Below, one piece after another: positions 1 to 6,423 of a DNA stretch of 10,260 bases. The position numbers and the translations under genes were made by a program. Location of the stretch: the NCBI GenBank assembly GCA_964419615.1, contig CAYQPU010000042.1:1-10260 (forward strand), read 5' to 3'. The notes under the pieces were generated by a model. That model did not search any database and was not told the DNA's origin. It worked only from the letters and a program-made list of their open reading frames with translations. How positions within the stretch are numbered: position 1 is the first letter of the stretch; each line of letters starts with the position of its first letter. The stretch comes from an uncultured Methanosarcinales archaeon. GTDB taxonomy: Archaea > Nanobdellota > Nanobdellia > Woesearchaeales > JAGVZT01.

Positions 1-52
1 GATATATAAATAAAAGATATCAAAATTAGTATTAATTATTAATAAACAAAAA

Positions 53-58
53 GAGGTG
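53..58 (+). promoter_or_regulatory. Shine-Dalgarno GAGGTG preceding a putative ATA start at 66
   Basis: GAGGTG matches the archaeal SD consensus (GGAGGUGA). ATA at 66-68 is in frame with the ORF-track ORF 120..416. TATA-like TATATAAA at 3-10. Confidence 0.7.
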
Positions 59-65
59 TTTCAAA

Positions 66-416
66 ATAGTAAAATACAAGAAGGGTCAGAAAATTAAAGG
101 GATAAAAAACAAACCCTTATTGAAAAAGAAATTAGCAATCGTTAGAAAGAAACGACTGGCTTATGCTGGTGGAAAAACTGGTAATTATACAATTACTATT
201 GGTGCTGCAAAAAAAGTAGCAAAGAAAAAAAAGGCTAAAAGAAAAGTAGTCAGAAAGAAAAAACCAGTTAGAAGAAAACCGGCTAAAAGAAAAGTAGTCA
301 GAAAGAAAAAACCGGTAAAAAGAAAAAAACCTGCTAAAAGGAAAGCTCCTAAAAGAAAACCTGCTAAGAGAAAACCAGCTAGAAGGAAACCGGCTAAAAG
401 AAGACGAAGGCGGTAA
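66..416 (+). CDS. Lys/Arg-rich histone H1-like basic protein (116 aa from ATA 66; 98 aa from TTG 120)
   Basis: About half of the residues are K/R, there are no D/E, PAKRK-type motifs repeat, and it ends in RRRRR. The frame is open from 36. SD + ATA gives MVKYKKGQKIKG..., whereas TTG 120 has no SD. Function is inferred from composition only. Confidence 0.75.
   Translation: MVKYKKGQKIKGIKNKPLLKKKLAIVRKKRLAYAGGKTGNYTITIGAAKKVAKKKKAKRKVVRKKKPVRRKPAKRKVVRKKKPVKRKKPAKRKAPKRKPAKRKPARRKPAKRRRRR
233..313 (+). repeat. Exact 33-bp direct repeat (233-265, 281-313; 48-nt period) within the basic protein gene
   Basis: GGCTAAAAGAAAAGTAGTCAGAAAGAAAAAACC occurs twice and encodes AKRKVVRKKKP; more degenerate PAKRK units follow. 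Confidence 0.9.
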
Positions 417-450
417 ATTTTTTTTTATTTTATCCTATTTCTTTTTTTTT
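417..450 (+). terminator. Oligo-T archaeal-type terminator candidate
   Basis: Long T tracts immediately after the TAA of 66..416. Confidence 0.55.
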
Positions 451-453
451 AAA

Positions 454-765
454 ATGGGGAAGCTTGACAAAGGAAGGTGTGGTTTGTGTTGCAGTCTTGT
501 AGTTAGACTAAATAAGGATGATATTGAAAGAATCAAAAAGCTAGGTTTTTCTAAAAAATATTTTGTTGAAGATCATCGAGATGATAAAATCTTAAAGAAA
601 GTTAATGGTTATTGCCAGTTTGTTTTAATAAAAGAAGGTATTGCTACTTGCACAATATATGATAAAAGACCAAAGGTTTGTAGAGATTATGTTTGTATTC
701 CTGATGGAATGGATGATTGCAAACTAAAAAGACACTACTCTATAACTGATTATAGCAAAATCTAG
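454..765 (+). CDS. YkgJ-family (CxxCxxCC-type) zinc/iron-chelating cysteine-cluster protein
   Basis: RCGLCC near the N-terminus, then CQF...CTIYDKRPKVCRDYVC, which is the typical C.F...C.IY..RP..CR.Y pattern. Confidence 0.85.
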   Translation: MGKLDKGRCGLCCSLVVRLNKDDIERIKKLGFSKKYFVEDHRDDKILKKVNGYCQFVLIKEGIATCTIYDKRPKVCRDYVCIPDGMDDCKLKRHYSITDYSKI

Positions 766-2033
766 AAATAATCTTCCAAACCTTTTTGTTTTGGTTTAGG
801 TATTGTGTTGTGAGTTTGTTTTTTGTTTTCTACCTGTTCAACAAACAAAGGTTTACCATATACTCCATCATAGCCTGGCTTAACTTTTATGTTTTGCTTT
901 CGATTTAATAGAATATATTTGACAATTTTGATATCAATGTGCTTTTCTAATTCTTCTTGAGTTACATTTAACATGATATTTAATTCATTTCCAAAGTTCT
1001 CAATAAGTTTGTTATATATTCCCCATACTTTCTGTGTGGCAACACCCATACCTAATACTCCTGCAATGATTTCTGACAAAGGGATTAATTTTGTGAATGG
1101 TACGGCTTTTTTTGGAACAAATCCTTCTGGTCTGTCTGCAAGTTCTTCAACTCTGTGTAGTACACCTAAAGTTAAAGGTTTTTTACATACAGGGCATATA
1201 TTTTTGTTTGATAAAGATTTTTTTGGTTCATATACAATTCCGCATTTTCTATGACCATCATAATGATATTTACCTTCGTGGGGCCAGAATTCAATTGTCT
1301 CAACAAAACCTTGCTTTGTTTTAAGCGTATTTAGTATGTTATTGTAAGTTAATTCTTTCAAATCAAATATATTACATTCTCTTCCTAGTCTCCATGGCCA
1401 ATGACTGTGAGCATCTGAATTGCTTATTAGTGTGTATTTGTCCAAAGCAGAGAGTCTCCAATTCATTTGTGGGTCTGAACTAAGACCTGTTTCTAGAGCA
1501 TGGATGTGTTTTGTTTGGTCTTTGAAACAATCCTGGATCTTATCAAATCCTGATTTTGAGCCAAATAGGCTAAACCATGGAGTCCATATATGTGCTGGGA
1601 TTACTTCTATTTGTTTGTTTATTTGTTTAAGCATTTCTACAAAATCAGGACAAGGTATGCCAAATATTGGCCTTCCATCATAGTCAAGTCTTCCTATGGT
1701 TAATAGTTTTTCATTGATTTGTTGCACTGTTGCAATGTCTGGTGCGAGTATCACATTGTGAATTTTTCGCCCCTTTCCATCTTGAGTGTATATTAAAGAT
1801 ATTTCTGTTTGTAAGATGAAATTGAATCCTGAGTTGGTTTTTAAGATTCCTGTCCCATCTTCACGAAGTGTTTGCTTTAGTTCTTTTAACCATTCGGGGT
1901 GCGTGAAGTCACCAGTTCCAAGCAGATTGACTCCTTTGATTTTAGCATATTTTTCAAGATTAGTAATTGTCAATGACTTTGATGTTGCTCTTGAATATTT
2001 TCCATGGATGTGAATATCTGCAATAATTTTCAT
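762..2033 (-). CDS. Endonuclease Q family protein (PHP domain + Zn finger), damaged-base DNA repair endonuclease
   Basis: ADIHIHGKYSRATS, GTGDFTHP, PAHIWTPWFSLFGS, ETGLSSDP, SNSDAHS, GKYHYDGHRKC...CPVC...GVLHRV, and a C-terminal PIP box QKGLEDYF. Confidence 0.92.
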   Translation of the reverse strand: MKIIADIHIHGKYSRATSKSLTITNLEKYAKIKGVNLLGTGDFTHPEWLKELKQTLREDGTGILKTNSGFNFILQTEISLIYTQDGKGRKIHNVILAPDIATVQQINEKLLTIGRLDYDGRPIFGIPCPDFVEMLKQINKQIEVIPAHIWTPWFSLFGSKSGFDKIQDCFKDQTKHIHALETGLSSDPQMNWRLSALDKYTLISNSDAHSHWPWRLGRECNIFDLKELTYNNILNTLKTKQGFVETIEFWPHEGKYHYDGHRKCGIVYEPKKSLSNKNICPVCKKPLTLGVLHRVEELADRPEGFVPKKAVPFTKLIPLSEIIAGVLGMGVATQKVWGIYNKLIENFGNELNIMLNVTQEELEKHIDIKIVKYILLNRKQNIKVKPGYDGVYGKPLFVEQVENKKQTHNTIPKPKQKGLEDYF

Positions 2034-2055
2034 ACTGTGTCAAATGTTTTAATAT

Positions 2056-2067
2056 AATATAAATGTT
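2056..2067 (-). promoter_or_regulatory. BRE/TATA promoter of the EndoQ gene (probably leaderless mRNA)
   Basis: Minus strand AACATTTATATT; the first T of TTTATAT lies 30 nt upstream of ATG 2033; no SD. Confidence 0.65.
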
Positions 2068-2189
2068 ACGAGTAAAGACAATCTGCAGATATACTTATTT
2101 TTAATTCACAAGTAAATACATCAGACACATTACTTATCCAATCAGATTTTTATACTCATAATGCAACTACGTATTCTGAGTTGTAAAAA

Positions 2190-2204
2190 CGAAAGTTTTA
2201 TATA
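2190..2204 (+). promoter_or_regulatory. BRE/TATA promoter of the pilin cluster
   Basis: CGAAAG-TTTTATATA is a close match to the archaeal BRE+TATA consensus. A second TATA-like AAAGTTTATAC lies at about 2239-2249. Confidence 0.65.
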
Positions 2205-2262
2205 TTAATCAGCAATAAAATAGAACATTAAGAGTATTAAAGTTTATACATTACCCTAAAAA

Positions 2263-2268
2263 GGAGGT
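2263..2268 (+). promoter_or_regulatory. Shine-Dalgarno GGAGGT for ATG 2276
   Basis: AAGGAGGTTG, with the GGT core 7 nt before the ATG. Serves as the internal calibrator for SD spacing in this window. Confidence 0.85.
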
Positions 2269-2275
2269 TGATATT

Positions 2276-2770
2276 ATGAGTAAAAGAGCTCAAGCTGCCA
2301 TGGAATTTTTAATGACCTATGGTTGGGCTATTATGGTTGTTCTAATTGTCATAGGTGCTTTGGCATATTTTGGAGTATTAAATCCTCAAAGATTATTACC
2401 TCCTAAGTGTACATTTCCAACTGGACTTAGTTGTAGAGATCATATTGTAACTGCTAGTGGTGACGAAGTAAAGATCAACCTGGTTAATGGTCTTGGAAAA
2501 GCAATATATATCAGAAATGTCAGTGCAGATCCTTTAACAGGAAATCCCATAACAGCACCTTGTAATGCAACTATGGTTAGTGCATTGTATGTAAGGAATG
2601 GAGACAGTGTTGATCTTAATCTAAACAGTTCGTGCACAATTGCTAATATGTTTGTAGATCCAAATACAAAATACAGATGGGATATTAACTTGGATTATTA
2701 CTATGCTGACTCAGATGCATCTTATACAAAAACAATATCTGCAGAGCTGTTGACTAGTATAGAAGAATAA
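2276..2770 (+). CDS. Archaeal type IV pilin-like protein with class III signal peptide (candidate major pilin)
   Basis: MSKRA|QAAMEFLMTYGWAIMVVLIVIGALAYFGV: basic leader, Q+1, E+5, hydrophobic helix, then a Cys pair (PKCTFPTGLSC). Confidence 0.88.
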   Translation: MSKRAQAAMEFLMTYGWAIMVVLIVIGALAYFGVLNPQRLLPPKCTFPTGLSCRDHIVTASGDEVKINLVNGLGKAIYIRNVSADPLTGNPITAPCNATMVSALYVRNGDSVDLNLNSSCTIANMFVDPNTKYRWDINLDYYYADSDASYTKTISAELLTSIEE

Positions 2771-2778
2771 TTCTGATT

Positions 2779-3228
2779 ATGCAATCAAGTAAAGGAAAAG
2801 CACAATCTTCTATGGAGTTTGTAATTACATTTGCAATAGCTTTTATGATATTACTACCTGTGATTTACATTTTCCATAACTATTCTACAGATTCAACTCA
2901 ACACAGAGATTATAGTATGGTTAATGTTATTGGGAATGATATTGTAAATGCTGCTGAATCTGTTTATTATATGGGTAATCCCGCTAGACTCACTTTAGTT
3001 GAAACAATGCCAACAGGTATTAAATTAATACACATTGAGTCTAACTGGACTAAAGATATAAATGAACTTGTTTTTCAATTTTTTTCTGGAGAGAATGTTT
3101 CTTTTTTTTGTAATGTTAATATAAATGAATCTTTTAATAATGCTAGTTTCACACAAGGTATTAAGAAAATTGTGCTTGACTCAGCAAATGATTCAGTTTA
3201 CAAATGGGTGGAGATTAAAATTGAATAA
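2779..3228 (+). CDS. Class III signal peptide pilin-like protein
   Basis: KGKA|QSSMEFVITFAIAFMILLPVIYIF; starts 8 nt after the previous stop. Confidence 0.85.
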   Translation: MQSSKGKAQSSMEFVITFAIAFMILLPVIYIFHNYSTDSTQHRDYSMVNVIGNDIVNAAESVYYMGNPARLTLVETMPTGIKLIHIESNWTKDINELVFQFFSGENVSFFCNVNINESFNNASFTQGIKKIVLDSANDSVYKWVEIKIE

Positions 3229-3691
3229 AGACAAACATTTCTTTAGACCAAAGAATATTTTGAATAGAGCACAATCTTCTATGGAATTTGCAGTTATTAT
3301 CAGTTTTATGTTTATGATTCTTACAATATTTTTCTGGGCAGCTTCTGAGAGACTTTCTGAGATTCAGGACCAGAATGATAAGGCATTATTGGAAGATATG
3401 GGCAGTTATTTAAAAAGTGAACTGCAACTTGCTGCTGGAGCTGTGGATGGGTACCAAAGACAGTTTGAGATTCCAAGAAGATTAGCTGGTTGGCAATATC
3501 AGATTGTTGTTAATCCTTATTCAGGAACAGATATTAATCATTCAGAAATTATTTTAAGTTATGTTAATCATAGTGTGATATATGAATACACAATAGCTGT
3601 TCCGATTAATGTTACTGGGTCTATTGATCCAATGGAGAGTTTAGATGTGAATGTTAGCAAATTAAATAATATTATATATATTAATTCATAA
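3221..3691 (+). CDS. Class III signal peptide pilin-like protein (start probably TTG 3221, not ATG 3125)
   Basis: NRA|QSSMEFAVIISFMFMILTIFFW. TTG 3221 overlaps the upstream stop by 8 nt and has GGAG 7 nt upstream. ATG 3125 would overlap the previous gene by 104 nt. The exact start is uncertain. Confidence 0.8.
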   Translation: MNKDKHFFRPKNILNRAQSSMEFAVIISFMFMILTIFFWAASERLSEIQDQNDKALLEDMGSYLKSELQLAAGAVDGYQRQFEIPRRLAGWQYQIVVNPYSGTDINHSEIILSYVNHSVIYEYTIAVPINVTGSIDPMESLDVNVSKLNNIIYINS

Positions 3692-3760
3692 TGAAAATTT
3701 GATGGAAAAAGAATTTTCAGATTAGAAAATACATTGTGTTTTTAATAAATTATATAAACT

Positions 3761-4246
3761 ATGAAACACAGAAAAAGCAGAAAGAAGAAAAAAAAGGTGA
3801 ATAAAGTAGATACTAAATCACAAACATGGTCAATTGATGTTTTACTAGCGGCAACTTTGTTTGTTGGAGGTGTTGTAATTTTCTTTTATGTGCTTTCGTT
3901 TTCAGGAGATTCAAAAGCAGTTCAGGAATTGAGTGTTGAATCTGAGTCGATTCCTGAAAGTGTGATTGCACAGGATGAAAGATCTGTTTCATCCACCACT
4001 TTTGTTATTGGTAATAAGGTTGATGAAGAAAGACTAATTAGTGTTAGTGGAAAATCCTATGAAGATATTAAATCACAGATAGGAGTATTTAGTGATTTTT
4101 GCATTCATTTTGAGGATGATGACGGAAATCTGATTAATATTGGTGATGATCCATTAAACCCAAGGTATTCAATTGGAGATCCAAAATTAAATTTTACTAT
4201 TATTGACAAAGATGGGCAGCAACTAGTTGTTCAGTGTGGGACTTAG
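3761..4246 (+). CDS. Class III signal peptide pilin-like protein (Q-x-WS-x-D variant); start uncertain (ATG 3761, GTG 3797 or GTA 3806)
   Basis: TKS|QTWSIDVLLAATLFVGGVVIFFYVL hydrophobic helix after a basic residue; FCIHFED...CG Cys pair in the C-terminal half. Confidence 0.78.
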   Translation: MKHRKSRKKKKKVNKVDTKSQTWSIDVLLAATLFVGGVVIFFYVLSFSGDSKAVQELSVESESIPESVIAQDERSVSSTTFVIGNKVDEERLISVSGKSYEDIKSQIGVFSDFCIHFEDDDGNLINIGDDPLNPRYSIGDPKLNFTIIDKDGQQLVVQCGT

Positions 4247-5505
4247 TTTTCGACAGGAGTTACTTTTTTAGAAGTTGTTTTATTGTTTTTTAGTATAAAA
4301 TCTTTTAGTTTTGCTGTGATTGTTGCTAAGATTATACTATAAAACATAAACACAAGTATTAAGTTTAACAATAATGGAACCCCTTCAAGCTGGTGTAAAA
4401 CGCTTCCTGAATCTGAATACAAGGTAGTTAATGCAAACGCTATAGTTGCAACTGCTATTCCTTTTGCAACATTCAAGGTCATGAATAATTTTTCTCTGAA
4501 ATTTAGTTCATTCTTAAAGACCAAATCAACAGTTACAAATCGAATTATTAGATAAACAAAAAATAATAATAGTGATCTAAAGAAGAAATCAAACTCTAAT
4601 GGAATTTCTGTTATTAGTCCTATGAATACAAAGACTAGTATCTGTAAAGCAGTTGCTAGTGTTGAAGAGAATTTTTGCAGTTTTTCTTTTTTGTCTTTTC
4701 TTGCTATAGAAAAATTTCCAAAATATAATCCTAAAGTGCTTACTGCCAATACACCATTTCCATTTAGGTTTTTTGCCAAAATATATGTTAGAAGTGCTGC
4801 GGTTAGAACTGTCAATGAACTGAGTTCATCTGAGTATCTTTTTCTCATGAATTTAAAGAAAACTAGACCTACTAATACTCCTGCACCTATTCCTGTTACA
4901 AATTGCTGGATAAATGGGAGGATTTGCATTGCTATTTTGTCCCAGAGTCCACCTGAACCCAAATTCACCATTAAATCTATTACTATAAATGGGAGCAGGG
5001 CCATAAATGGTGTGTTAAAGACAGCTTCTATTTGGAGAATCTTGCTTAGTTTAGTTTTGCTGTCTTTAAATGCGATGATTGCTGCTGATGGATCAGTACC
5101 GCAGTTAATGAATGCAAATATTAGTGCTAAAGCTAATCCTAAAAAGACGTTTGTGTTGAATTTGAATAATAAATATGCGCCTGCTGTAAGAAATACTGCA
5201 TTTAACCCTATAAAACCAATGACCACTTTTAATACCTGGGATGATACTCTGTCAACATCCCTTAGTTTGAATTTTGAAGTTCCTTCAAATACTATCATTA
5301 TTAGCGCGAGTAAGGCCACAGCTGCCAGGAATTCTGTAGGGAAGAAGACTAATTTTTCTCCGTCAACTGTGAGTTGATTTAGTGCAATTCCAAAAAATAT
5401 CAAAAGTAAAAAGTTAGGTATCTTAAGATAGTCGCTTAGAATTGAACATAGGATTCCTACTAAGAATATTACTGCGATTATTGTTAATGCACTTAGTGCT
5501 GCGAT
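4243..5505 (-). CDS. NhaP/CPA1-family cation:proton antiporter-like membrane protein (420 aa from ATC 5505)
   Basis: Many TM helices; LFEG-like VFEGT, GTDP and EAVFNTP motifs. The frame extends 34 codons upstream of TTG 5403 as (M)AALSALTIIAVIFLVGILCSILSDYLKIPNFLL, a typical CPA1 first helix plus the KIP motif. SD GAGGTT at 5517-5512. Confidence 0.88.
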   Translation of the reverse strand: MAALSALTIIAVIFLVGILCSILSDYLKIPNFLLLIFFGIALNQLTVDGEKLVFFPTEFLAAVALLALIMIVFEGTSKFKLRDVDRVSSQVLKVVIGFIGLNAVFLTAGAYLLFKFNTNVFLGLALALIFAFINCGTDPSAAIIAFKDSKTKLSKILQIEAVFNTPFMALLPFIVIDLMVNLGSGGLWDKIAMQILPFIQQFVTGIGAGVLVGLVFFKFMRKRYSDELSSLTVLTAALLTYILAKNLNGNGVLAVSTLGLYFGNFSIARKDKKEKLQKFSSTLATALQILVFVFIGLITEIPLEFDFFFRSLLLFFVYLIIRFVTVDLVFKNELNFREKLFMTLNVAKGIAVATIAFALTTLYSDSGSVLHQLEGVPLLLNLILVFMFYSIILATITAKLKDFILKNNKTTSKKVTPVEN

Positions 5506-5522
5506 TTTACTAACCTCTTTTT

Positions 5523-6254
5523 TTAATCATCATCAAAAAATGATTGCAATGATCTATATTCTTGTTTTTCTTTTGGTATTTCTAGTTCAATAAAAGCCTT
5601 TAAGAACTTTTTCCTACTCGGCTTTTTATATGTTTTGTATAATTTCTTTGCTAAAGTCTCTGGTTGTGAAAGTTGAGAGTTTTGAAGTATTTGGATTAAT
5701 AGATTCTCAAATGCTTTTTTTTCTACAATTTTTTGAGTCTGGGAGTCTTGTAAAAGGTTTTTGAGAAGTTTTCTTTTTGTTGGATGTTTTGTGTTTTTGA
5801 TTAAAAGTGCTAGGTTATCTGGGTCTTCGAATAAGACATGTCTAATTAATTGTAGTGTTCTTAATACCGGATCTTGGTAGTTTTGCATGTCAATGTTTTT
5901 TGTTACTTGGTATAGAATATCTTGGAATTGTAGGATAGTTATTCCTTGGATGTTTTGCTCGACTGTTGTAACTAGAACTTTTTCATATTCACCTGTGTAC
6001 CCTAAATGTTGTTTTAGGTAGGATTTTATTGCTTTTTCTATTCCTGGCTTATTGAATTGCTCTTTTATTGCTCTTGGAGAATTAGGTTGCATTGATACAG
6101 AACAGTTTACTTCAATATGCTGGATGATTGGATCTTTTGTTGCTTTTATAGCTAGAATGTCAATTACTCTGTTTTTACCTGCATTTAGATTATTAATTAC
6201 TCCAAATCCATTTTGGTTTAGCCAGATGTTTACTATTTTCTTTTCTGGAAATAT
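5523..6254 (-). CDS. Hypothetical protein with N-terminal PD-(D/E)xK nuclease-like motif (243 aa from ATA 6254)
   Basis: The 54-codon extension upstream of ATG 6092 reads (M)FPEKKIVNIWLNQNGFGVINNLNAGKNRVIDILAIKATKDPIIQHIEVNCSVS, with SD GGGGTG at 6267-6262. The fold assignment is from motif recognition only. Confidence 0.75.
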   Translation of the reverse strand: MFPEKKIVNIWLNQNGFGVINNLNAGKNRVIDILAIKATKDPIIQHIEVNCSVSMQPNSPRAIKEQFNKPGIEKAIKSYLKQHLGYTGEYEKVLVTTVEQNIQGITILQFQDILYQVTKNIDMQNYQDPVLRTLQLIRHVLFEDPDNLALLIKNTKHPTKRKLLKNLLQDSQTQKIVEKKAFENLLIQILQNSQLSQPETLAKKLYKTYKKPSRKKFLKAFIELEIPKEKQEYRSLQSFFDDD

Positions 6255-6294
6255 TGTAATCCACCCCTTATAGTGTAATATTTAAGATTTCAAT

Positions 6295-6305
6295 ATATAA
6301 ATGTT
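6295..6305 (-). promoter_or_regulatory. BRE/TATA promoter of the nuclease-like/antiporter operon
   Basis: Minus strand AACATTTATAT, identical to the EndoQ and MFS promoter 11-mers. Confidence 0.65.
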
Positions 6306-6325
6306 GTTGAAATGTTGTTGAAATG
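6299..6325. repeat. 11-bp tandem repeat (AAATGTTGTTG x2 + AAATG)
   Basis: Units at 6299-6309 and 6310-6320, partial unit at 6321-6325; abuts the TATA box. Confidence 0.85.
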
Positions 6326-6376
6326 CTCTTGGTTTGCCCATAGGTAATAAATACCACTATTTAGTAATTAAAATAG

Positions 6377-6389
6377 AAATATTTATATA
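6377..6389 (+). promoter_or_regulatory. BRE/TATA promoter of the zincin-like gene
   Basis: AAATATTTATATA in the divergent intergenic region; SD-like AGGTG at 6412-6416. Confidence 0.55.
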
Positions 6390-6423
6390 AAGACTTTTAT
6401 TCAAAGTTGATAGGTGTTTAAAA

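Noticed and set aside
973-2013. Four + strand ORFs (973..1254, 1097..1324, 1420..1683, 1786..2013)
   Set aside because: Antisense shadows of the well-supported EndoQ gene, with no recognisable motifs or SD.
2081-2185. Palindrome ATCTGCAGAT (2081-2090) and weak inverted repeat CAACT-N10-AGTTG (2164-2183) between the divergent promoters
   Set aside because: Too short to distinguish from chance. The same palindrome also occurs inside argS coding sequence (7273-7282).
2440-2637. 65-aa minus-strand ORF
   Set aside because: Antisense to pilin 1; no independent support.
3125-3220. N-terminal part of ORF 3125..3691
   Set aside because: Overlaps the preceding pilin by 104 nt and would give an implausibly long class III leader; TTG 3221 is preferred.
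4622-5377. 251-aa + strand ORF
   Set aside because: Lies wholly antisense to the antiporter; long antisense frames are common opposite hydrophobic membrane-protein genes; no motifs.
6052-6273. 73-aa + strand ORF
   Set aside because: Antisense to the extended N-terminus of the 5523..6254 gene, which has SD, promoter and motif support.
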